DNA from: a virus
Lineage: Duplodnaviria > Caudoviricetes
Virus record (IMG/VR): IMGVR_UViG_3300017691_000006
Location: 1-64,000 of that record
DNA: 64,000 nucleotides
Reading direction: 5' to 3' (one strand)
In this document: piece by piece, positions 45,083-53,411 of the stretch
Layout: every line of letters starts with the position of its first letter
How positions within the stretch are numbered: the stretch's first letter is position 1
Program-made: the position numbers and the translations under genes
Notes under the pieces: model-generated
What the model was told of the DNA's origin: nothing
The model's input: the letters and a program-made list of their open reading frames with translations, nothing else
Database searches by the model: none

Positions 45083-45369
45083 GTAGTTGTCGTCAGAGCG
45101 TCTCGAACACCGCCTCGAGCTCGTCCTTGAGCGGGTGGTCCGCTGCGACGGCTGCGCGCTGGAACACGTCGCGTCGCTCCTCGGAGCCCTCGACCCAGGG
45201 CACCAGCACGGACATGATCGAGGCGACGTCGCTCGCCCTATTCTCCGGGTGGTCCCGGAAGTGACGCGTCATCACGGTCACGGCGTTCTCGCCGGCGTCG
45301 GAGACCACGGCCTCGTCCACCTTCGGCGACACCGCCGCGTCGTCGATCACGATGTCGTTCGCGTCGTTT

Positions 45370-45621
45370 TCATCGGCCATTCTTCTTGTCTTCCTCTTCG
45401 AGTAGCTTCCTGAGGTCCTCGTAGCCGCCGACGTGGCGACCTCCCATGAAGACCTGTGGTACGGTGGTGAAGCCGGCGCCTACCAGGAACTCCTTGAACT
45501 TGGAGTCCTGGCTGTAGTTGAACAAGCCGACACCCACACCGCGGCTAAGCAGAAGGTCCTTAGCCCTGTCACACCACTCACAGTTGTCGCGGGTGACAAT
45601 CACGGCACAGTTGTTATTCAT
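45370..45621 (-). CDS. Glutaredoxin
   Basis: TRDNCEWCDRAK, TVPQVF, VGGYEDL. Confidence 0.9.
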   Translation of the reverse strand: MNNNCAVIVTRDNCEWCDRAKDLLLSRGVGVGLFNYSQDSKFKEFLVGAGFTTVPQVFMGGRHVGGYEDLRKLLEEEDKKNGR

Positions 45622-45825
45622 TTTCGAGCAGTTCCTGCAGTGTTCGTCGAGGCCGTACTCGCGGAGTCCGCATGGTCCACAGGCCATACTTGTTTGCCCT
45701 CCTTGATGTCGAAGATGGTCGCGCCCTCCCTCAGCGCCTTGGCGTACGAGAGGGCGGCGCAGTACAGTTTGAATGCCGTTTGGCCGTAGGTCCAGTCGTC
45801 GTCGTGTCCGGAGACGCGGTAACGG

Positions 45826-46332
45826 TTAACCTTGAACAAGCGGCCTCTCCCTGAACTTCTCCCACAGGGGCCACAGGTCGACGACCTGGACACCCTGCTC
45901 GCGAGCGTAGCGTACGGTGTACTCGGAGCCGCCGGTGCCGCTCGATAGCGACAGCAGCTTCTGGCTCTCGTCGACCATCTGCCGGTTGCGCTTGAGGTAC
46001 GCGTCGTCGGTGAAGGTGGGCGACGTCACCGTCACCGTCTCGCACCTAGCCAGCAGCCGCCTGTAGCGCGTCTGCGCGTCGGCTGGCCAGTGGCGCTCCT
46101 GCCCCTCGAACGGCACCCTGGCGTGCACGGGGATACCCAGGACGACGCAAGCGTCGCACACCGCCTGGTCCCAGCCCTGCGCCATGCCTTGCACGACGTG
46201 GAACGCCGTGTCCTGCTCGGCGACCTCGTTGTTGAGGATCAGCCGCGCGAAGGCGTACAGCTTGTTGCGGCCCTCGATGGAGTAGCCGCCCAGCTTCTCG
46301 GGCCTGTGACCCGTCACGGAGAGGCGCATCAT
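45826..46332 (-). CDS. YspA/DUF1273 SLOG-family protein
   Basis: VTGHRPEKLGGY, QGMAQGWD, KRNRQMVD, GGSEYTVRYA. Confidence 0.85.
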   Translation of the reverse strand: MMRLSVTGHRPEKLGGYSIEGRNKLYAFARLILNNEVAEQDTAFHVVQGMAQGWDQAVCDACVVLGIPVHARVPFEGQERHWPADAQTRYRRLLARCETVTVTSPTFTDDAYLKRNRQMVDESQKLLSLSSGTGGSEYTVRYAREQGVQVVDLWPLWEKFRERPLVQG

Positions 46333-46712
46333 GTGCGCTTCTGCCTCACGCCGCCGGGAACGCACCGGTCGATGCGCTCCTTGAGGTCGTCGTAGGTGAT
46401 GTTCACCATCAGCGACTTGCCGGAGACCATCGTGATCTCGCAGTCGGTGGCGCCGGGATAGATGAACTCGACGTTGTCGAAGTTCACCATCGTCATCTTG
46501 CCGGTGTAGCGGAGGGGTAGCTCAATTACCATCGTAGATGCACTCCATGCTCATGAAGTGGCGGTACAGCATGATCATCTTGCCGCCGTGGAACAGACGG
46601 AGCACGCCCCTGTCGTCGCAGCCGTGGTTGTCGACAGTGTGCTCGGTGACGCGGTTCTCGTGGGTGACCTTCACCTTGTAGGGCTTGGTCTCGCGGATCA
46701 TGATATTCAAGC

Positions 46713-47420
46713 TCATAGGAAGATGTCCTTGGCACTTACCTTGGCAGACACAGGTTGCTTCTGAGCGACCGGCTCGGGCTGCCGTACCGGCTCCTTCGGG
46801 GTGAAGAAGCTCATGTCCAGGTCGCTGTAGTCGACGGTGGCCGCCACCGCCTTCTTGACCTCCTTGTACGCGATCACCCAGTCGGGCTGCGCGCGGTTGG
46901 TCCAGTTGTTGCCGTTGATCTTCTCGGCCAGGTAGTAGGCCCGGTACGCCTGCATCGTGTTCTCCCGGTCCATCGGGTCACGCTTGTAGACGTCCGGCAC
47001 GCATGCTTTCGGCGTCGTGTGGTTGAGGATGACGAACTTGCTCAACCAGTACTTCATGGCGGGCACGATCACTCGCGCTCGCTCGAACTTGTCCGGGTTG
47101 CCTGGGTAGCGATAGTCGTACTCGTTGACCATCGCTCGGAGGTGGTCCACCAGCCAGCTCACGTTCCCGAGGCCCTCGTTCAGCCAGAGGGCGGCGGGGT
47201 GGTTGGCGTGGGACAGCCCCGTCCAGGGCACGTCCGGAGCCTTGTCGGGCACCAGGTCGGTCTCCACGAACTGGTGCGTCTCGTCGTCGTGCGGGCCGGT
47301 GTATCGGCTGGCCCACACGGACAGCAGCTGGCACGATTCGGATATCATTTTGATGATATGCCGGTCATGCAGCGCGATAGCTGCTTTTGCAGGGTCTTTA
47401 TCGACGTAGAATATATTCAC
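46713..47420 (-). CDS. Pyrimidine-dimer DNA glycosylase (DenV-like)
   Basis: MNIFYVD.DP...A...D.H..KM..ES.QLLS ... HANHP..LW. Confidence 0.8.
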   Translation of the reverse strand: MNIFYVDKDPAKAAIALHDRHIIKMISESCQLLSVWASRYTGPHDDETHQFVETDLVPDKAPDVPWTGLSHANHPAALWLNEGLGNVSWLVDHLRAMVNEYDYRYPGNPDKFERARVIVPAMKYWLSKFVILNHTTPKACVPDVYKRDPMDRENTMQAYRAYYLAEKINGNNWTNRAQPDWVIAYKEVKKAVAATVDYSDLDMSFFTPKEPVRQPEPVAQKQPVSAKVSAKDIFL

Positions 47421-47923
47421 AGGCCAAGTAGCTCCATCTGGCTGGCTTTGGCTTTACTGTAAGCTGCCTCAGCCTCCTCGGGCGTGTTGAAGTGCCCGAG
47501 ATTCTTCTTTTGGAAAGTTGCGCGCCACTTGGCTGTAGAGGGTACGAAGGACACACCTAGTATTCCGGTGAGACTGTCCTTGTGAGCAACCACGTTGAGC
47601 ATGTTGCCAGCTCTCGTGACCAACCGCAGGTTCTCAATGCGGTTGTTGCTCTTGTTTTGATCTATATGATCTATGTCCATCCCTGCAGGGATAGGTCCGT
47701 TGTGCATTATCCAGACCAGCTGGTGCACTCTGAACTTCTTACCCAGCAGGGTGGTCTGTACGTAGCCTTGCCCGTCGTCGCTGCCTACCCGGCTACCAAC
47801 CTTAACACGATTACTGGTAGACACGAGCCAGAACAGCTCTCCTTCCTTGTACTCAAAGAAGTAGGCTAGGTCCTCAGGGCTGAACTGCACCCTGGGGCGG
47901 CACGTGGTTGTTGTGGTATTCAC
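47417..47923 (-). CDS. HNH homing endonuclease with AP2-like C-terminus
   Basis: HQLVWIMHNG...IDHIDQNKSNNRIENLR; GV.F......W.A...LG.F.T.EEA; visibly lower GC than flanks. Confidence 0.9.
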   Translation of the reverse strand: MNTTTTTCRPRVQFSPEDLAYFFEYKEGELFWLVSTSNRVKVGSRVGSDDGQGYVQTTLLGKKFRVHQLVWIMHNGPIPAGMDIDHIDQNKSNNRIENLRLVTRAGNMLNVVAHKDSLTGILGVSFVPSTAKWRATFQKKNLGHFNTPEEAEAAYSKAKASQMELLGL

Positions 47924-48440
47924 TGCTGTGCACCGGGCCGTCCTTCGTGTGGAAGAACCACGCCTTCTCCTTGCGGAGGGTGGCGAACAGCGAGAGGCAG
48001 TCCTTGGACGTGTACACGATCGCGTGCACGGACTCGGCGCTGCGGAGGACGACGTCGCCCGCGCTGCGCCACTCGGTCGAGATCAGCTTGTTGGTGCCGG
48101 CCTCGTACATCGCCTCGCAGTACTTGCCGCGCACCACCAGCGTGGCGTTGGACCACGGGTGGCAGTGCGGGTCGTCCGCGTCGCTTCGGGCGTACTCGTG
48201 CAGGTAGACGTTCTCCAGCTCGGAGTGCATCCACCCGGAGAAGCCCAGCTGCTTCGCGGGGTCGTCGTAGATCGGGACGACGGCCTTTCGGGCCAGCATC
48301 CAGCGGTTGATGTACGCCGAACCGTTGCGCATGATCGGCTGGTTCGGCGCGCGGTCCCGCATGACGGCCTCGCAGGCGGAGCGGATCAGTCCCGTCAGCT
48401 CGGGCGTCACCGCTTGCGGCAGGTAGCGGAAGTCATTCAT
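47874..48440 (-). CDS. Cupin-like protein
   Basis: YLHEY...DPHCHPW...VRGKYCE...VHAI. Confidence 0.65.
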   Translation of the reverse strand: MNDFRYLPQAVTPELTGLIRSACEAVMRDRAPNQPIMRNGSAYINRWMLARKAVVPIYDDPAKQLGFSGWMHSELENVYLHEYARSDADDPHCHPWSNATLVVRGKYCEAMYEAGTNKLISTEWRSAGDVVLRSAESVHAIVYTSKDCLSLFATLRKEKAWFFHTKDGPVHSSEYHNNHVPPQGAVQP

Positions 48441-49049
48441 TGTCGTTCTTCTCGCGCTTGATCTTCTTGAACTCGAGGCGACGGTCCCGGTCGTACTCCT
48501 CGTTGCTGATCAGGTTCGCGGCCATCTCCCTGACGGTCTCCGGGTCCCGCTTGAGGGCGGGAGGGAGGCTGTCCGGGTCCGGGTGCTCGATGACCTTGAG
48601 CGGGTGCTCGGCCAGGATGGCGTCGCGGGCACGGCGCTGCACCTGGTTGTCGGTGGACAGGAAGTAGTTGTCGAACTTGTCCTTGCCCGGCTTGTCGTCG
48701 TGGAGCTTGCGCGTGTTGGACACGATCTTGTCCGAGATGTCGCGCAGCTCCTGCATGTGGTCTTCCTGCATCTAGCCCTTCCTGTAGCGTTCGGACGCAC
48801 GTCCCTTGAAGGTGTTCTTGTACTCGCGCTCGAAGTCCGCAGGAGACATCTCGAAGTGCCTGAAGTACGGCCTCATCGGCGGGTGCCAGCCCTCTGCGCG
48901 GCCCTTGAGCGGGCTGACAGCTGGACCGCTGGGCTTCACCTTGGCGAGACGCTCCGCCAGCATGACGTCCTGCATGCAGTACCGCATGATGTCCTGCATG
49001 TGGGACTTACCGCCCCCGCGAGGCTGGTAGAGGATCTCCGAGCAGGGGC

Positions 49050-49346
49050 TCAGAACGTGTAGTAGCTGCCCCCGAAAGGGTCGTTCGTCCGGAGTGCCTC
49101 CTCTGCCTTGTTGAGGGCAGCGTCGACCTCTGCCTGGCTCTCCAGGCTCCTGTCGTCTCCGGCGAAGTTGTCGAGCGCCATGCGTGCCTGTACCAGCTTG
49201 GCAGCGGCCTCCTGCGCGTCGATAGCGGCCTTGTCGAGCGCCTCGATCTTCGCGATCAAGGTCTCGCGCTTGCCTGCCAGCTGCTGCGCGCGCTGCTTGA
49301 GCTTCGCAATGTTGTTCTCGTCACGGACTTCCTGGTAGATGCTCAT
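49050..49346 (-). CDS. Hypothetical coiled-coil protein
   Basis: 98 aa with RBS. Confidence 0.6.
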   Translation of the reverse strand: MSIYQEVRDENNIAKLKQRAQQLAGKRETLIAKIEALDKAAIDAQEAAAKLVQARMALDNFAGDDRSLESQAEVDAALNKAEEALRTNDPFGGSYYTF

Positions 49347-49366
49347 GGTGTAGTTCCTCTGGTTGC

Positions 49367-49407
49367 AAATTTAAAGCCCACCCCGCCGGTTAGGGCAGAG
49401 TGGGCTT
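49367..49407 (-). terminator. Intrinsic terminator-like hairpin
   Basis: AAGCCCACTCTGCC-CTAACC-GGCGGGGTGGGCTT-TAAATTT. Confidence 0.7.
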
Positions 49408-49510
49408 AGAGCGCGGTACGGGCGCACCGTGTGGTAGACGCGTAGATCAACCTTGCTGGTGTCGTTTAGTGCGCGGCCTGCTAGTGCGACGCACCCTTAC
49501 GGGGCATGGT

Positions 49511-49540
49511 GGTGCAGTTTATAGTCATGCTCCAGGACTA
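49511..49540 (-). ncRNA. H-type pseudoknot motif, copy 3
   Basis: TAGTC-CT-GGAGCA-T-GACTA-TAAAC-TGCACC. Confidence 0.6.
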
Positions 49541-49548
49541 ACTCGGGC

Positions 49549-50139
49549 TTAGCCCTGCGCTTCGGCAGCGGCTTCCTTCTCGGCCTTCTGCGCCGCCATC
49601 TTCTGGCGGTACGCCTCCAGGCCGGCGGCTGCCTGCGGCGAGACCTCGCGCTTCGGCTTGCCCGCGTCGAACGACGTCAGGATGGCGTCCTTGTTCGCGT
49701 AGACGAGCTCGGCGAGCTTCTCGTTGCCCTCGGCGACCTCGGTCAGCGCTGCGGTCGCTGCGGCGCTCTGCTCCTCGTCCGTCATGCGCTTGACCGACGG
49801 CCAGCGGAACGACGCCTTGAACGCGTCGACGTTGTCCACGACGAACGCGGCCTGGCGGTCGCCGGCGAGGGTCGTCGCGATGTAGTCGAGCGCCTTGGTG
49901 AGCGCGGTGTTCTCGGACTTGGTGACGCGCTTGATCTTGCCGGTCTCGAGTGCGACCTCGACCTTCTCGCGGTTCTCGACCAACCAGTTGGCGATCTTCT
50001 CGTTCGCCTCACCGGCGGGCAGTGCAGCGCGCAACGCCGCGACGATCTGCGGGCGACGCTGGTAGTCCTGGGCCTCGGCCTTGGTCTCGAAATAGATGCC
50101 GTCGACGACGTAAACGGGCTTCAGTTCGTTCGATGCCAT
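49549..50139 (-). CDS. Hypothetical protein, first gene after the tandem motifs
   Basis: Ala-rich, extremely biased codons suggesting high expression. Confidence 0.75.
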   Translation of the reverse strand: MASNELKPVYVVDGIYFETKAEAQDYQRRPQIVAALRAALPAGEANEKIANWLVENREKVEVALETGKIKRVTKSENTALTKALDYIATTLAGDRQAAFVVDNVDAFKASFRWPSVKRMTDEEQSAAATAALTEVAEGNEKLAELVYANKDAILTSFDAGKPKREVSPQAAAGLEAYRQKMAAQKAEKEAAAEAQG

Positions 50140-50186
50140 GTGAATCAAATCTCTCTCAGATGCGGGCCGCAGGTGCGCGACCCTTT

Positions 50187-50209
50187 CAGGGTTAATTTAA
50201 CGGGTTGGG
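50187..50209 (-). promoter_or_regulatory. 23-bp conserved motif, perfect copy
   Basis: Plus strand CAGGGTTAATTTAACGGGTTGGG. Confidence 0.75.
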
Positions 50210-50233
50210 GTGCCCGTCGCTCAGCCCTGTGAA

Positions 50234-50256
50234 CAGGGTTAATTTAACGGGTTGGG
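50234..50256 (-). promoter_or_regulatory. 23-bp conserved motif, perfect copy (47 bp from the previous one)
   Basis: Plus strand CAGGGTTAATTTAACGGGTTGGG. Confidence 0.75.
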
Positions 50257-50405
50257 CTGGCTGACGGGAGCGGGCGGGTGCCCGCAGAGTGCCGCTTCTG
50301 GCACGCCTCTGGCTCGCTCGGCAACGCCGCGCTTGGGGGTGGGCCTCGGTGACCCCGGCGCGACTCGGCGCTGCCCCGCTCCAACGCGGAACGGGGCGTA
50401 ACCGA

Positions 50406-50786
50406 TCAGTCGACCTCGACCCTACCGTCGACGGCGTTCTGCTCGATGTAGCGACGCTGGGCCTTCTTCACGAGGCCGACGCGGTGCTGTCGAGCGAAGT
50501 CGTAAACGTTCTGGGGGCTGCCGTACTGGCAAGTGGGAACGAATTCCTTGATGAACTCCCAGATGCACTGCAGGCGAGCCTCCTCCAGCGGCGTCTTCGG
50601 TGCCGAGAACGTGGCGTCCAGGTCGCCGCAGAGAAGGTGGTAGAGCCAGGACTTCTCGTCGACGACGCCCTCGGTGAGGTAGTCGGTCAACAGGCCTCGG
50701 ACGTGCAGGGGCACGACGAGACCGGAGGAGCTCTGCCAGCCCATGAAGAGCTTGCCCCAGGCGAGACGGTGGAGTGGGTTCGACAT
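50406..50786 (-). CDS. Hypothetical protein
   Basis: Start reassigned to MSNPLH; last gene of the replication block. Confidence 0.55.
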   Translation of the reverse strand: MSNPLHRLAWGKLFMGWQSSSGLVVPLHVRGLLTDYLTEGVVDEKSWLYHLLCGDLDATFSAPKTPLEEARLQCIWEFIKEFVPTCQYGSPQNVYDFARQHRVGLVKKAQRRYIEQNAVDGRVEVD

Positions 50787-51540
50787 GTCGGTGTCCTTAC
50801 TGTTGTTGTCGGGGTTTGTGGGTCGCCTCGAAGTCTTCGAGACGTTTCTTGTATTCCAACACCTTCTCTCGCCAGCGTTGCGGCGACATAGGCATTGCCT
50901 TCTGCTCCTCCGTCTCCGGAGGGTAGTTCTGGTCTTCCATGAACCGGCTGTACACGCGCATGGACTGGAACAAAAACGCCATGCCCATGCCGTCATCCCG
51001 GTCGAAGAAGCCGGAGACGAAGCCGGCCTCAGTGTTGTAGGTCGGCTGAGCTGCCTTACGCGCCTCCAAGCGTCGCGCATCGGCTAGCGTAGGCTGTCGT
51101 ACCAGTTCTTGCTTCTTCACAGAATACCTCGGGTCGGATGAGGCCGCAGATCAGGCCGTCGAGCAGCCACTGACCCCAGCCAAGTTTGATGAGAGTCTCG
51201 CAGCCCCACCGCAAGCCGCCGCTGTCGGGCATGTAGCGGTAGTTGAACCAGAAGTCTGCGGGACGGTCGCAGTGTCGCGCGACGAAGTTGTAGATCGTCT
51301 CGCGCTCGTTGCGCTTGTTCAAGCCTCTACCTCCTCCAGCAGGTCGAGTGGGTGCTCCACCGCCTTCTTGATGTACGAGCCGTCGCTGTTGAACGTCTCG
51401 AGCCTCTTGTTGACGACGACGATGAACTTGGTGTCGTCCGAGACCTTGGTGAAGTTGCGCCTGCCACCGACAGAGAAGGAGCGCTGGACGAGTCCAACGC
51501 CCCCGGACCGTGTGCGGTAGGACTTACCTACCTGCAGCAC

Positions 51541-51915
51541 TTACTTGGTCTTGGTGGCGGCGCGTGCGCCGACCGCGATGTCGTGCGCGGCCTGGGCGCG
51601 CTTGATCAGGTTGCCCTCTAGCTTGATGATCTCGTCGAGGGCGTCGCGGTACAGGTTGCCGCGATCGCGCAGCGAGTTCACCGCGTTGCGGAAGTCGGTC
51701 GTGACGCGGCTGTGCTCGGTACGCTCACGGTCGATGCTGGCGAGCAGGTTGTCGTGCTGCAGCTGCCACGCGTTGGACCGCTTAGCGCTGGCCTCGGCGT
51801 TCTGGCGCAGCGACGTGTTCAGGTCACGCAGGTCTGCCAGGCGGTTCATCTGGCGCGTGATGGTGATCGCCGCACCGATGAGAAGGGCGGCGAGCAGGAT
51901 GAGAGTGAAGGTCAT
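51541..51915 (-). CDS. Membrane-anchored coiled-coil protein
   Basis: N-terminal TM helix then coiled coil. Confidence 0.55.
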   Translation of the reverse strand: MTFTLILLAALLIGAAITITRQMNRLADLRDLNTSLRQNAEASAKRSNAWQLQHDNLLASIDRERTEHSRVTTDFRNAVNSLRDRGNLYRDALDEIIKLEGNLIKRAQAAHDIAVGARAATKTK

Positions 51916-51916
51916 G

Positions 51917-52900
51917 TTATTCGAATACCTTGTCGATGAGTTGTGCAACGTAGGTGGCGTCCGGCGTGCCCTTGTGCTTGGACAGCTCGGACAGGAGCTG
52001 GGACATGTAGGCCTGGTCGACCCCGATCAGCTGCTCTCGCAGCACGAGCGGGTCCTTGAGGTCGATGGCGTTGAGCTGCCAGATGATCTTGAGCATCTGA
52101 CCTGCTGTGATCCGCCAGCCGCGAGCGATGAACTTGCGGGTGCGGAACAGGGAAGCGATGGGGTACAGCGAGCCCTTGTACACGAGCGTCTTCGAGAGCA
52201 AGGCCTCCATGGCCTCCTCGCTGATCGACACCTTACCCGTGGCGTGGTCGTAGTAGCCCATCGCGTGGGCGAAGTCGTAGTTGCGGTGCAGCTCGGCCGG
52301 CTCGCCGTAGAACCGGATGATAAGCTGCACGCGGTCGGAGAGGGTCACGGCGTTCTCGGACATGAACACCGGGCGGTACTTGCCCTTCTTCTTGACCTCC
52401 TCCACCGCTGCCTCCGCGAGGTCGCCCTTGTCGAGGACCTCCTCGGGCAGGACACCGAACACGCCGTCGATGAACTCAGCGGACGCTTCCGGCGGCTGGC
52501 TCTCGAAATAGGTGTAGTCTGGCGTGTCGTTGTTCTCGCCGGCGACGCCAGCGGACTGCATCCAGATGACGATCCTGGGCTCTTCCTCGCCTAGGATATT
52601 GGTGCGTACAATCTCCTTAACTGTCGGAGAATAGCCTCGTACCTTTGTTCGACAGTCGGATACCTCGTTGAACTTACGTACGTAGTAATGAGCAACTGCG
52701 AGTGTTGTGTCCTTAGTACGAAAATAAACATCGTAGTCGTTGACCTCCTCTCCCAACATCATGGAGGCTACGCAACCGCCCGTAACGATGATGTCGCGAG
52801 CCATCGCCTCGCGGACCGCTTGGTCGTCGATAGTCTCCAGGAGGCTGTTGATTTTCTTTTTGATGACGGCAGCGATGGTGCTCCGCTTCATTCCAGCCAT
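51917..52900 (-). CDS. Pol-beta superfamily nucleotidyltransferase
   Basis: IVTGGCVAS...NDYDVYFR (hGG...DxD); third Asp in NYDFAH. Confidence 0.75.
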   Translation of the reverse strand: MAGMKRSTIAAVIKKKINSLLETIDDQAVREAMARDIIVTGGCVASMMLGEEVNDYDVYFRTKDTTLAVAHYYVRKFNEVSDCRTKVRGYSPTVKEIVRTNILGEEEPRIVIWMQSAGVAGENNDTPDYTYFESQPPEASAEFIDGVFGVLPEEVLDKGDLAEAAVEEVKKKGKYRPVFMSENAVTLSDRVQLIIRFYGEPAELHRNYDFAHAMGYYDHATGKVSISEEAMEALLSKTLVYKGSLYPIASLFRTRKFIARGWRITAGQMLKIIWQLNAIDLKDPLVLREQLIGVDQAYMSQLLSELSKHKGTPDATYVAQLIDKVFE

Positions 52901-53156
52901 AGTCAGAGTTACCCTTGCTTGGGGATTACGAACAACAGCCTCGGCACCGTCACGCGGACGTTGCGGGGGCTGTAGCGGCGTTGCCTAGGGTGCCCCCAGT
53001 AGGCAGTAGTGTCGCTGTGAGGCTGCGGGACAGCGCTCAGCAGCACGTCCTTCTCGTTCACCTCGAGGACCGTGCGTCGCGTGAACTTGCACTGGCTAGC
53101 GCTGGTGGCCTGGACCACCTCGTCGCCGACCTTGATCTCAGTGCCCTCGAAGTCCT

Positions 53157-53411
53157 TCACTGCTTCTTCTCCTTCGGTCTGCCGTCCGGGAACTCCCAGC
53201 GCACGCAGACGTCGTAGTCGTGCGCCGGTACCACGTTCGGTATCTGGCTTATGATGGTCACTGTACCACCCGGTCCCGCGCCGTAGATGGGTATCATCTC
53301 TACGTACTCGGGAGCCGTACGCGTCTCAGAGGCGAGGCACTTGCCCCGGTCCACGCACCCACCCGCGACCAACAGCAGGAGGGGCATAAGGAATAGCTTC
53401 TTCATGTTCAC
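53157..53411 (-). CDS. Small lipoprotein
   Basis: MKKLFLMPLLLLVAGG-C. Confidence 0.55.
   Translation of the reverse strand: MNMKKLFLMPLLLLVAGGCVDRGKCLASETRTAPEYVEMIPIYGAGPGGTVTIISQIPNVVPAHDYDVCVRWEFPDGRPKEKKQ

Noticed and set aside
16802-50256. 23-bp repeats as a CRISPR array or att sites
   Set aside because: Copies are dispersed (only one pair, 47 bp apart), with no spacer array and no cas or integrase genes in the window
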